This document shows, piece after piece, positions 40,211-53,665 of a DNA stretch of 64,000 nucleotides. Positions within the stretch are counted from its first letter, which is position 1. Each line of letters starts with the position of its first letter. A program made the position numbers and the translations under genes. This DNA comes from Octopus vulgaris (taxonomy: Eukaryota): the NCBI GenBank assembly GCA_951406725.2, contig OX597827.1:5828001-5892000 (forward strand), read 5' to 3'. The notes under the pieces were generated by a model, which did no database searches, was not told where the DNA came from, and saw only the letters and a program-made list of their open reading frames with translations.

Positions 40211-42879
40211 AAAATTTCCAGTTTACTTCATTTTCTGTACCCATCGTATCTACTATATATGTGTGTGTGTGTGTGTATGTGTGTGTGTATAAATATGCAT
40301 ACATATGATGGGATTCTTTCAGTTTCCAACTACCAAATTGACTCAAAAGGTTTTGTTCGGCCCAGGGTTTGTATAGCAGAAGACACATGTCGAAGGTTCT
40401 ACGTACTGAAATTGAACTCAAAACCATGTAGCTGGGAAGCAAACTTCTTACCACACAGCTATGCCTGCATTTCAAGCATTTACATACACATAACTATACA
40501 CAAACATATCTCAAAACTAATGTTTCTCTTTTAAAATTCACCAAGTAGATTAATAAATCATCTCTTTCTCCGTCCGTCTGTCTGTGTATTTATGTGTGTG
40601 ATTTTCTGTATCTCTGTATTATAAGAGAGAGACAGATATAGTGAGGGAGAGAGAAAGAGAGAGGGAAATGGTAAGAGAAAAAGGCTGAGAGAGAGAGAGA
40701 GTGGGAAAGGAAAGAAAGAGAGAGAGAGAGAGAAATTGTGTCTCTGTTTGTGCGTGAGTGTGTGTGTACCCAATTTAATTAACTTGTTTTCCTAAATGAT
40801 AACGAAAAAAAAAAATTGTAGTGTTTTGAATTTAGTGCACTTTAAATGTAATAACGTTGCAGACAAAGTATATAAGAACCATTATAATTCTTGATTTATT
40901 TCAGGTCAATGAAATCAATACAATTTATAGGTTGACCTTTCTTAAATGGAAGTATCCATTAATGCATAATTATCTCTGGACATTTGAGAAATAATGATTT
41001 CAAATTTTGGCACAAGGCCAGCAATTTCGAGAGAAGGCGGGGATAAGTCGATTACATCTATCCCAGGGTTCCACTGGTATTTATTTTATCAACCCCAAAA
41101 GAACAACAGGCAAAGTTGACCCCAGCATCATTTGAACCCACAACATGAAGACAGGCTAAGTATTTTGCCTGATGTGCTAATGGCCTGCTTGCTCTCTGCC
41201 CTTTATTTGGGAGATAATGACAGTGTATTGAAGTTGTGATGATCATGCCTCTTTCAATGTCTTATTATCATGGTAAGGGATGGTAAACTGGGCGAACCAT
41301 CAAAACATTGGGAAAAAATACCTTAAGATATTCATATTGGCTATTCACATTCCAAGTTCAAATCCTGCACAGGTCAATTTTCCTATTCATTCTGCTGGGT
41401 TAAATGAAATAAAATACCAGCCACCTACTTGGGTGGATATGGTTGACTTGTTTTTTTATCGTTTATTTCTTTCAGTCATTAGAGAGTGGCCATGCTGGAG
41501 TAGCACCTTCGAGAATTTTTGGTCGAATGAATTGATTCCTGTGCTTATTTTTTGTTAAGCCTGATCCTTATTCTATCAGTCTCCTATTGCCGAACCATTA
41601 AGTTATGGGAACATAAACACATCAACACCAGTTGTCAAGAAGTGGTAAGGGACAAACAAAAATTTAGGAGAAGAGGATGAAGCGTGTGCGGAAAGAGGCT
41701 TGCTTACCAACCACATGGTTCCCACTGCATGGGACCTTGGGCAAGTGTCTTCTACCATCACCTCAGGCCAACCAAAGCCTTGTGAGTGGATTTGCTAGAC
41801 ACAAACTGAAGCTTTGGTTTTGTGTGTGTGTGTGAGGTCTGTGGCTTAGTGGTTAGGGCAATTGGCTCCCATGAGTTCGATTCCCTATGACAAGTTGTAT
41901 CCGTAATTTTTGTTAAGCCTGATGCTTATTCTATCAGTCTCCTATTGCCAAACCATTAAGTTATGGGGACATAAACACATCAACACCAGTTGTCAAGCAG
42001 TGAAAGGGGACAAACACAAACACAAAGGCACACATACATTGGCACTCGGTTGGTTATGATGACGAGGGTTCCAGTTCACCCGATCAACAAAACAGCCTGC
42101 TCTCATGAAATTAAGGTGCAAGGGGCTGAGCACTTCATGAGCATGTTTACCCTTAACACAGTTCTCAGAGAGATTCACGTATGACAGGGAATGTGACAAA
42201 GCCAGCCCTTTGGAATTACAGGTACAACCCACTTTTGCCGGCTGAGTGGACTGGGGCAACAAGAAAAAATAAAGCGTCTTGCTTAAGGATACAACTTGCC
42301 ACTGGGAATCGAACTCATGTGAGCCAATTGCCCTAACCACTAAGCCACACACCTTCACACACACACGCACACACACGCATGCACACACACCCACACACAC
42401 ACACACAGACACACACATACACACACACACATACACACACACACGCTGGGCTTCCATACAGTTTCTTATTTCTTTATTGCCCACAAAGTGCTACACACAG
42501 AGGGGACAAACAAGGACAGACAAACGGATTAAGTCAATTATATCAACTCCAGTGTATAACTGGTACTTATTTAATTGACCCCTAAAGGATGAAAGGCAAA
42601 GTTGACTTTGGTGGAATTTGAACTCAGAACGTAGTGGTAGACGAAATACCACTATGCATTTCGCCCGGCGTGCTAACATTTCTGCCAGCTCACCACTTTC
42701 CATACAGTTTCTGCCAACCAAATTCACCCACAAGACATTGGTTAGCTTAAGAGCTATAGCAGGAGATACATGCCTAAGGTGCGATGCAATGAGACTGAAT
42801 AGAAAAAAAGCCCCACCAAATTAGCCCAAGATGGTGTACCCAAGATGCTGTACTGTGTGATTGGATACAAAACCACATT

Positions 42880-43287
42880 GCTGCTAAGGCTGAAGACGCT
42901 CAACCTTTATTCTCTAGAAAAACGACGACGCCGTGGAGATCTCATTCTCGCTCACAACATCATAAGCAGAAAGTGTAACCTCTCGAAAGAGCTGTTCTTC
43001 ACTCCTGCTCCAGAGCGTCGACTGCAGGGTCATTCCGAAAAGCTCTATCTGCGACGATTTCATCTCAATCGAAGGAGAGGGGCCTTCTCCATCCAGGTTG
43101 TGGATCCGTGGAATAAGCTGCCAGACGAGATAGAGAAGATGCCGACGACCGCTCGGTTCAAAGTCTCCCTTGACCTCAAGTGGCCTGAACTCTTTACATG
43201 AACACCACCCTGCTGTACATAACTCCATGTCCCCCTACATGGCCTTGCTTTTTGCTTTTTGAGCCAAAAAATTAACTAACTAACTAA
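42880..43287 (+). mobile_element. CR1-clade LINE 3' end
   Basis: LKTLNLYSLEKRRRRGDLI...LQGHSEKL...FSIQVVDPWNKLP; (TAAC)n tail. Confidence 0.92.
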
Positions 43288-43289
43288 GG

Positions 43290-43530
43290 AAAACAACAAC
43301 ATCCATCTTCTTCAGTCAGTATTCCTGAGTGGGTCACGGGAGTAGGGTGCTAACAGAAGCAACTGTCTTTACACTTTCTGGCTGAATTCTAAGCGTGACT
43401 AACACTGCAGATCTCATCCAACCATCTCATCCTTGGTCTATCCCCAGGTCTCCTGTCCAATGGCTTGGCTTGAAAAATCTACCTTGTCAATCTTTCCTTT
43501 AACATTCTAACCACATGTCCATTGTAATAA
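43290..43530 (-). mobile_element. RTE-clade LINE 3' fragment
   Basis: Minus strand YNGHVVRMLKERLTR*IFQAKPLDRRPGDRPRMRWLDEI. Confidence 0.7.
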
Positions 43531-45080
43531 GTTGTGATTGATTTACAGTTTCTTTAAAGTAATCTTAGATGCAAATGGAATTATAGGGGAGTTAATAAAT
43601 TTAAGCTTCAGCCAAGAACTGGAGTTGGTTTAAAATACTCATAAAGCATCTTAGATTTGAAGAGAATTACAATATAGGACTCATAAAATAAAGTACTCAC
43701 TAATTAGTTAATTACAGAGGTTGATTTAATCAGCTTCATTCATTATTTTCTAAAATAAGGTTTCCTTGAGCCTATGATAAAAATTCTCAAAGTATAGGAT
43801 TGTGCATGTGTGTGTGAGTGTGTGTGGGGTGCTGTGTGTGTGTGTGTGTGAAAGAGGATATGGTATGCATAGTTCTTTAGTACTTTTGTCTATCTTATCC
43901 ATCATGGTGAAGGTGGAGCACATCTCTTCATGTATATTTTTTGCCAAAGTCAAAACAGAATGGGGCAAACCCTATGACCTTCTTGTCAACTCTCTGAGAC
44001 TGGCTGGCAGAAAGGAAGGATCACATCAATTACTGTCTAATAAGGATCTTCACTTAACAGATTCTAGTGAAGTCTCCAAAATGTCAGGTAGTGGAGTGAT
44101 GTTTATGGGAGTGGAACTCTTAGGTCTGTTGTATAAATTCGTTTAGGGGCCACGAAAAAGGGCAGGGACAGGCAAACTCAAGAGCTACTTTAGGTAGCAC
44201 ACACTTCAGTTACATCAATGGTTGAGTCCCAGGTCAGCTCTGACCAGTGACTGACCTGTGATGATCAGAGGCATTGCAGCAAAGACTGTCTAATGTGTCC
44301 TTTCCTTTCTCAAAATTATCAAGGAGGACTTCTGAAACTATGGTAAATTTACCTTCAGCTAAATTTCCAGGGATGTAAACACAGTTTGCATCTACACACA
44401 GTTTCCATCTACCAAATTCATCCACAAGGCACTGGTTGGCCTAGGCCTGTGCAGTGGGACTGAACCTGAAACCACATGGTTGCAAAGTGAGCTTCTTAAC
44501 CTCATAGTCATATCTGCATCTTCGAGGAAGAACAAAACATAATTTGAAAACTAGTAGTTCTATGTTGCTGGTACATAAAAAGGCATCCAGTACACTCTGT
44601 AAAGGGGTTGGCGTTAGGAAGGACATCCAGCCATAGAAACCATGCCACAACAGACAATTGGAGTCTGGACGGCTCCCCAGTTGACCGGCTCCTGTCAAGC
44701 TGTCCGACACATACCAATGAACGTTAACTGATGATGATGATGATGGTAGGAGAAATCTATGGAACAGTCAACCTTGATCAAGTAGATCAATGATAAAAGA
44801 AAATCCAGTCATGATAAAGGTATTTAGTGCTACATAATCTATTATGTCCTTACGTTTTTGAGGATGGTAAGGAGTGATTTGTTGTAGATTTGGCTGTTAT
44901 TTCTAGTATGTGAAGCGACCACATATACGCTCGCTCTTGTTTGAGGAAATACAAAAGACGAGTGAGACATTTCGTTGGGTAAATGGTAAATATACAAATT
45001 GAACCGTCACTCCAAACGTGAACCACATGCGACACTAGAACGCCTACAATTACTAAGTTTGACCATCGTTAATGATATGC

Positions 45081-45458
45081 CTATTTCTTTACTGCCCACA
45101 AGGGGCTAAACATAGAGGGGACAAACAAGGACAGACAAACGGATTAAGTCGATTACATTGACTCCAGTGCATAACTGGTACTTAATTTATAGACCTCGAA
45201 AGGATGAAAGGCAAAGTCGACCTCAGCGGGATTTGAACTCAGAACGTAACGGCAGATGAAATACGGCTACGCATTTCGTCCGGCGTGCTAACGTTTCTGA
45301 CCATCATTAATGATATGCCTATTTCTTTACTACCCACTAGGGGCTAAACACAGAGGGGACAAACAAGGACAGACAAACGGATTAAGTCGATTACATTGAC
45401 CCTCAGTGCATAACTGGTACTTAATTTATCGACCCCGAAAGGATGAAAGGCAAAGTCG
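45081..45458 (-). mobile_element. Two SINE B copies separated by a 21-bp flank duplication
   Basis: tgaccatcRttaatgatatgc at 45060-45080 and 45298-45318, each directly abutting a SINE 3' end. Confidence 0.88.
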
Positions 45459-46711
45459 GTAATTAAACATCCTTAGCATAGCAAAGTTGCTTAGCTTTCA
45501 TTTTCTGAGACTAGAATGTAAGGGAGCAATGAGTTGTGTCCCTTCAATATAAAAGTAACTTAGCGGTTTGATTATCTCAATCGATGGAATGAATACAAGA
45601 TTCAAGTAAGTGCTGAAGTCAGTATCATTTCCTAAAACCATTGGGGGTCAGAGCCCCGATCTAATCACTGAAACCAGCAATAGAATAGAATAGAATAGAT
45701 ACGTGCGTGCGTGCGTGTATTTGTGTATGTGTGTGTATGAGATAGAGAGTGTGTGTGCGCGTATACATATATGTACACATGTATATCACCCACACGCATA
45801 CACATATAGATATACATACGCTATAGAAATGCGTGTGTATATATATATATACTTGCATAGATGCATTCATGTAAAAAGACACACTCATATACTTAAATGC
45901 ATGCTTGTGTGTATGTGTGTGTGCGAGCGCGTTTGAATAATCTTCCCTGCATCGTTCCAGTTTTAGTATAAGTATTGCCGAAGCTTGAATAATCGTGGCT
46001 TGCCATCACACCGTATCACAATCAATACCAACACACGCACACAGAGCATTCGCTCAGAAAGTCCAATAGCTTTAGCTTCACCGTATCACGTCGTGTCCGT
46101 TTTACTTTTTCAATCATGGTGCAAGGTACATAACTCTTGTCATCTTGGTTAACATAAACATTTGAACCAGTTGAACACATTTCAAGTAGATTTCACTCGA
46201 ATTGATCTGGGTTGAACGTTGGTATAGTTTTCTCTTATTTGTGGGATAACATCATCACCATCATCATCGTTAAGCGTCCGCTTTCCATGCTAGTATGGGT
46301 TGGACGGTTCAACTGGGGTCTGGGAAGCCAGAAGGCTGCACCAGGCCCAGTTTGATCTGGCAATGTTTCTACGGCTGGATGCCCTTCCTAACGCCAACCA
46401 CTCCATTTATAAATATTGACATATACGATTACATGCCCTTGCACACGTAGTTTCCTTCCAAAGCGCCTAGTTTCGGGTTCAGTTCCTCTGCATGACACCA
46501 TGGCCTAGCGTCTTCTACTACAGGCTCCGGCTGATCAAAGCCTTGTGAGTGAACTTGGTTGACAGAAATTGAAAGAAGCCCTTCGTGTATATGTATATTA
46601 ACGAGTTATTTTTTTTCCAAGATCTCCTGTCAATAGAGAAAACGCCAGGGATCCTACCAGTATGTGAAGTTTCAAACTATTTAGTTAAAAAAAAAATTAA
46701 TTTAAAAACCT

Positions 46712-47113
46712 AGGAGTGGCTGTGTGGGAAGTAGCTTGCTTACCAGCCACATGGTTCCGGGTTCAGTCCAACTGCGTGGCAACTTGGGCAAGTGTCTTCT
46801 ACTGTAGCCACGGGTCGACCAAAGACTTGTGAGTGGATTTGGTTGACAGAAACTGAAAGAAGCCTGTCGTATATATGTATATATATATGTGTGTGTGCGT
46901 GTATTTGTGTGTCTGTGTTTGTCCCCCTAGCATTGCTTGACAACCAATGCTGGTGTGTTTATGTCCCCGTCACTTAACGGTTCGGCAAAAGAGACCGATA
47001 GAATAAGTACTGGGCTTACAAAGAATAAGTCCCGGGGTCGAGTTGCTCGACTAAAGGTGGTGCTCCAGCATGGCCGCAGTCAAATGACTGAAACAAGTAA
47101 AAGAATAAAAGAG
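46712..47113 (+). mobile_element. SINE family A
   Basis: Near full-length copy. Confidence 0.92.
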
Positions 47114-47200
47114 TAACTTATAAACAAGGGCAAAAGAAAATTAGTTCTATGCCAATATGCTGAATACAGACTTTTAAATCCTATATTAGTAGCAGTAGTA

Positions 47201-47237
<37 letters not shown>

Positions 47238-47484
47238 CACACACACACACACACACATGTATACATATACATACATATATATATCATCATCATCATTATC
47301 ATCATTTAACATTTGTCACCCATCCATGCAGGGAAAATATAGTTGACAGGATCCGCCCAAGTACAAGACTACTCCAGGCTATTGTGCCTGTTTCGGCAAG
47401 GTTTTTGACAGTTGGATGCCCTTCCTAACACCAACCATTATGGACTTCTTTCTGTTTCCATCTACCAAATTCACTCACAAGGAT

Positions 47485-47787
47485 TTGGTTGGCCTATTTG
47501 CCAGATTTACCATCTATGGACTTCCACCTCTTCCCCAAGATGAAAATACAGCTCAGAGGTTGTCGTTTTAATACCATTATCAAGAATCAGAGCGAATTGC
47601 AGAAAGTCCTGGATTTGCTTATGGAAAATGACTACCAGGCCAGATTCCAAACGTGGCAGGAATGCTGGGACTGGTATATTTGGTGCGCAGGGTAACTATT
47701 TCAAAGGAGACAATGATAAAACATAAGTAAATAAATTAATTTCTATTAAATATAACTAGTCCAGTAACCTTTTGATACCACCTCATA
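47485..47787 (+). mobile_element. Mariner transposon 3' remnant
   Basis: PDLPSMDFHLFPKMKIQLRGCRF...FQTWQECWDW; ends in TIR-like cttttgataccacctc followed by TA repeats. Confidence 0.82.
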
Positions 47788-47795
47788 TATCTACA

Positions 47796-48193
47796 CTAGC
47801 AGTATCACCCGGCGTTGCTCGGGTTTGCAAGGGAAATAACTATATAAGCATTTTTAGAGATGTAAAGTATAATAGCCATCTCAATATGGCTAACCACAAA
47901 GGGGCGGGGTGTTACTGTAGCTTTTTACGTTCTGAGATTTAATAATACATTTTTAGAGAGTTACTTCCCTTATATATGCTAAAAATGCATTAAAAATGGG
48001 AAAAAATTATGGTAAATTTTTTTTTAAATCGTAGACTCATCGTAGACGCACGCTAATACTCAGAAGGGCTTGATATGAATCACGACTATAAGATACCCGG
48101 TTTTGGTTAAACTGCACCGCAAAATGTGGGAGTAGTTAGGAATCTAAATCGTAGGAGACAGACACCACACAACTTCCCTTTTATATATATAGA
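47796..48193 (-). mobile_element. Non-autonomous Helitron
   Basis: Minus strand starts TCtatatatataaaa and ends GC hairpin + CTAG, followed by T. Confidence 0.88.
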
Positions 48194-48706
48194 CTAGCAG
48201 TATCGCCCGGCGTTGCTCGGGTTTGTAAGGGAAATAACTATATAAGCATTTTTAGAGAGTTACTTCCCTTATAGATGCCAATTCGGGCTTTCTTAGCCAT
48301 TTCTGTTTTGTTGTCTTCAAGCCATGAAGTCGTTGTTCTAAAAGAACGCTGGTCTCCTTGACAACGCTTTACGACGTTGATTTCCTTACACTCCCTTCCC
48401 CACAGCTTCACAAGGGAGGGAAGAAGGGGGAGAAGCAAACAGGTGCAGGTGTGACCATGGACGCCAACTCCACCGCCATCGACACACGAAAAATTATGCA
48501 TTAAAATGGAATAAAAAATTATGTTAAATTATTTTTAAAATCGTAGACTCATCGTAGACATGCGCTAATACTCAGACGGGCTCGATATGAATCACGACTA
48601 TAAGATACCCGACTTTGGTTAAACTGCACCGCAAAATGCGGGAGTAGTTAGGAATCTAAATCGTAGGAGACAGACACTCACACAACTACAGTTTTATATA
48701 TATAGA
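48194..48706 (-). mobile_element. Non-autonomous Helitron (variant interior)
   Basis: A|TCtatatatataaaa...cccgagcaacgccggg...CTAG, abutting the previous copy. Confidence 0.88.
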
Positions 48707-49154
48707 TATCAAACACACATACTCTACGTATGTATTTTCCTAGTTCACTGGTCAGCTGTGATTTGATGCATAGGAGATGACTCTCTCAAAGTGTTTGTGT
48801 GTTTAACACTCTGTAAACTAGCAAAGCACATACATAGGATATCTGTGTTTGATATCATTTACAACACTTGAGCTATTTCTAACTCATACTCGAAATGTGG
48901 AGTAGATGAACAGCTGACAACTGATGAAGGGTCGTTCTTTATTTTTTTGTTTTCCATTTGTTTCTCTCATTGTTCGCATACCAAAGTTTGCCTTCGTATT
49001 TCATGTTGCTTATGTTTTGCGATGTCCTGTACCTATATATGCATACATATATATGTATGTATGTACATATATGTATGTATATATGCATATGTGTATATAT
49101 ATTTTATTTATATTATTATATGATTGAACGCCACACATCCATTTCCAAGTAAGT

Positions 49155-49200
<46 letters not shown>

Positions 49201-49205
49201 GTCTG

Positions 49206-49258
<53 letters not shown>

Positions 49259-49922
49259 ATATATATATATATATATATTTGTGTATGCGTGTGTGAGTGT
49301 CTATGTCTGTGTCTGTGGTGGCCCCTAATCACCACTTGAGGGCCAGTGTTGTACCTGGCTTTAAAAGAATAAGTACTGGAATTAATTAATTCAACTAAAA
49401 CTCTTCAAAGCAATACCCCATCATAGCTGCAGTCTAATGACTGAGGTGAGTAAAAGTGTAAAAGAATATTTATTTATTCTTTACACTATAGGTACAAGGC
49501 CTGAAATTTCGTGGGAAGATGGGAAGATGATTTCATTGATCCCAGTTCTTGACTGGTATTCATTTTATCAAGCGTGAAAGAGCAAAGGTGATCCCAGTGA
49601 AATCTGAACTCCGTACGCAAAGAAACAGAAAAAAAAGGCCACTTAGCATTTTGTCCGAAGTACTGATGATTCTGCCAGCCTGCATGTATTTATATATATA
49701 TTTATCATCATCATCATCATCATCCTCATCATCATTTAAAGTTCGTTTTCCATGCTGGCATGGGCTGGATGGTTCGACTGGGGACTGACAAGCCAGGAGA
49801 CCGCACCAGGCTCCAATCAAATATCTGTCAAACATATTTGAACTGGTCTTAAGCCTATACACTCTTTAGTTTATTAACCTCCTTTTTGCAGATTAAACAT
49901 TTTTTACTGTTTATCCCTACAA

Positions 49923-50340
49923 GGGTGGTGAGCTGGCAGAATCGTTAGCACGCCAGGTGAAATGCTTAGCGGTATTTCATCTGCCACTGTGTTCTGAGTT
50001 CAAATTCTGCCGAGGTTGACTTTGCCTTTCATCCTTTTGGGGTCGATTAAATAAGTATCAGTTATGCACTGGGGTTAATATAATCGACTTAATCCATTTG
50101 TCTGTCCCTGTTTGTCCACTCTGTGTTTAGCCCCTTATGGGTAGTAAAGAAATAGGTATTTCATCTGCCACTACGTTATGAGTTCAAATTCCGCTGAGGT
50201 TGACTGCCTTTCATCCTTTCAGGGTCAATTAAATATGTACCAGTTATGCACTGGGGGTCAATACAATTGACTTAATCCGTTTGTCTGTCCTTGATTGCCC
50301 TCTTTGTGTGTAGCCCCTTGTGGGCAGTAAAGAAATAAGA
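49923..50340 (+). mobile_element. SINE family B dimer, followed by an older related SINE to about 50540
   Basis: aaagaaatag|gtatttcatctgcc junction, as at 34660. Confidence 0.85.
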
Positions 50341-50961
50341 ATTGTTATCACACTGGGCAAGATGCTTAGGGCATTTCATCAGTCTTTGTGTTCTGAGGTC
50401 AAATTTTGCTGAGGTCAACTTTGTCTTTCAGTCTTTTGAGGTCGATAAAATAAGTACCAGTTGAGCCCTGGAGATGATGTAATTGACCTGCACCCTCCCC
50501 CACTTTTGCTGGTTTAGTACCAAAATTTGAAATCAATATTTACCCCTATACTATGTTTTTATTAGTTTGGTGTTTGATTGTCATAAGATGTTGTGTTCTG
50601 GATGTATGCTTAATACCAGAATGGAGACAAACTAGCAACCTTATTGATGGTTTGAACTTAGGCTCATTCAGTATGGAAATATAACAAACTGATCATGATC
50701 AACCTAACCAAAACACTGTGCAGATATATATATATATATAACGAATGTTAACGTTGGCACAAGGTCACACATTTTGGGATAGAGTAAACTTAATTTAAAT
50801 TGACCTGGTTATTGAATATTATATTTTATAAACCCTGGAAGAATGAAAGGGAAAATTAACTCTCGTAGGACTTGAAATTGGGGCATAAAGTAACATAGCA
50901 AAATACTTCAAAGTATATTGTCAGAAGCTCAAAAGCTTCTATCGGTCCAATGCCCTCTGTA

Positions 50962-50994
<33 letters not shown>

Positions 50995-51869
50995 GTTGTA
51001 CTAAAAGATGGAAGTAAATTGTTTAGCTTACATGTCTGTATTGATCTTCGTCCTATGGTTTTCAATACATTGCTTGTGAACTACATTGTCAAGACAACCC
51101 CTACATGATCAGTGAATGGCAAAAAAACATGTATATAGGAGGTTATTATTTTTATAAAGCTTTAATTACCCTGTTCTGTTGATTGCATTGATTATTCAAG
51201 ATTTGGCTTTTGAATCAAGTTAACCTCCATCACAACCTCAACTATGCTGTGGTTCTGCAATGCTGGAGAAAAACTTATGGGGTAGTTTTCAGTCTTGTCA
51301 TTTATAGAATTTTGTTGTGCATGTAAAGAAAAACAAAACTGTCAATATGTTGCCCCACTCCTTTGTGCGTGTGTGTGTGTGAGTGAATATGCAAACATAT
51401 ATCTATTTCTTTATTACCCACAAGGGGCTAAACACAGAGGGGACAAACAAGGACAGACATAGGTATTAAGTTGATTACATCGACACCAGTGCGTAACTGG
51501 TACTTAATTTATCGACCCCGAAAGGATGAAAGGCAAAGTTGACCTCGGCATCATCTTCATCATCAAAATCATCAGAATTATCATTTAGTGTCTGTTTTTC
51601 ATGCTGGCATGGGTGAGATGGTTTGACTGGAGCTGGTAAACCAAAGAGCTGCACCAGGCTCTGGTTTTAGTTTTAGTTTGGTTTCTATGGTTCGATGCCC
51701 TTCCTAATGCCAACTACTTTACAGAGTGTACTGGGTGCTTTTTATGTGCCACTGGCATGGGTGCCTTTTACATGTCACTGCCACAAGTGCCTTTTAAGTC
51801 TCACCGCATGGGTGGGATGGTTTGACTGGAGCTGGTAAGCCAGAGAGCTGCACCAGGCTCCGGCTTGTT

Positions 51870-52277
51870 TTACTCTTACTCTTTTACTTGTTTCAGTCAT
51901 TTGACTGTGGCCATGCTGGAGCACCACCTTTAGTCAATCAAATCGACCCCGGGACTTATTCTTTGTAAGCCCAGTACTTATTCTATCAGTCTCTTTTGCC
52001 GAACCGCTAAGTGACGGGGACATAAACACACCAGCATCGGTTGTCAAGCAATGCAAGGGGGACAAACGCAGACACACAAACACACACACACATTTATATA
52101 TATATACATATATGCGACGGGCTTCTTTCAGTTTCCGTCTACCAAATCCACTCACAAGGCATTGGTCGGCCCGGGGCTATAGCAGAAGACACTTGCCCAA
52201 GATGCCACGCAGTGGTACTGAACCCGGAACCATGTGGTTGGTTAGCAAGCTACTTACCACACAGCCACTCCTGCGCC
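51870..52277 (-). mobile_element. SINE family A nested in a tandem-duplicated SINE D
   Basis: Host unit 51607-51770 is repeated as 51807-51869 plus 52278-52368. Confidence 0.88.
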
Positions 52278-52774
52278 CTGGTTTGGTTTCGTTGATTGGA
52301 TGCCCTTCCTAATGCCAACCACTTTACAGAGTGTACTGGGTGCTTTTTATGTGTCACTGGCATGGGTCCCTTTCACGCAGCAACACCCAAATATACAACA
52401 CACTGCCAGGAATTACGCTAACGACCATATCATCCTGAGTTAAATACACTAACCCTTAAACTATGCTTCCAGTATAGTGGTTAAGCAACTACTATACTTA
52501 ATAGTATTACTAGCTTTGAAATACAGAGAAAATGTTGGAGAAATTAGAATAAACACAAGTTTATAATCTTAGTTCCTGTGTGTATTCCTCCATTATGATT
52601 TCACTATGGTTTCACTTAGCTTGACGTGTTTTCTCAAGCACAGCAAATCGCCAAAAGTTTCAATTATGCATATAAATATGTGTGTGTGTGTGTCTGTGTG
52701 TCTGTGTGTCTATAGAAAAATCTGCTTCAACAAATTCTGTCTGATCCATGAAAGCATGGAAAAATGAATTTAAA

Positions 52775-52828
52775 ATGATGATAATGATGATGGTGATGAT
52801 GGTGGTGGTGGTGATGATGATGGTGATG

Positions 52829-52860
<32 letters not shown>

Positions 52861-52910
52861 GGTGGTGGTGGTGGTGGTGGTGGTGGTGGTGGTGGTGGTG
52901 GTGGTGATGA

Positions 52911-52944
<34 letters not shown>

Positions 52945-52967
52945 GGTGATGGTGTATGGTGATGGTG

Positions 52968-53020
<53 letters not shown>

Positions 53021-53053
53021 GATGGTGTATGGTGATGGTGATGATGATGATGG

Positions 53054-53084
<31 letters not shown>

Positions 53085-53102
53085 GATGGTGTATGGTGAT
53101 GG

Positions 53103-53133
<31 letters not shown>

Positions 53134-53170
53134 GGTGGTGATGGTGCATGGTGATGGTGATGATGATGAT
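52775..53170. repeat. (GAT)n/(GGT)n tract with higher-order units
   Basis: gatggtgtatggtgatggtgatg recurs about 4 times; grown from a (GAT)n SINE tail. Confidence 0.9.
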
Positions 53171-53446
53171 ATATCTTTTATCTTTTACTTGTTTCACACA
53201 TCAGGCTATGGCCATGCTGGGGCACTGCCTTGAAGAAGATTTTGTCAAATGAATCAACCCCAGTACTTATTGTTTTTTTTGTGCTTGGTTCTTACTCTGT
53301 TGGCCTCTTTCGCTGAACTGCTAAGCATTACAAGGACGTAAACACACCAACACCGGTTGGTAGTGGAGGACAAACACAAACGCAAGGACACACATGCATA
53401 CACACACACACACACATTTATATGACAGGCTTCTTTCATACATATA

Positions 53447-53492
<46 letters not shown>

Positions 53493-53606
53493 TATATGTA
53501 TATATATATATATATATGTATATATATGTATATATATATATTTGTATATATATGCATATATATGTATATATATGTATATATGTATATATGTATATATGTA
53601 TATATG

Positions 53607-53665
<59 letters not shown>

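Noticed and set aside
43860-44150. ORF 43802-44146 as a host exon or CRE-type RLE remnant (EWGKPY)
   Set aside because: ORF begins in a TG repeat and similarity is too faint to call without a profile search
48885-48945. GAAA...CTGATGA as a type-II permuted hammerhead (also near 12470, minus strand)
   Set aside because: Helices I and III cannot be formed
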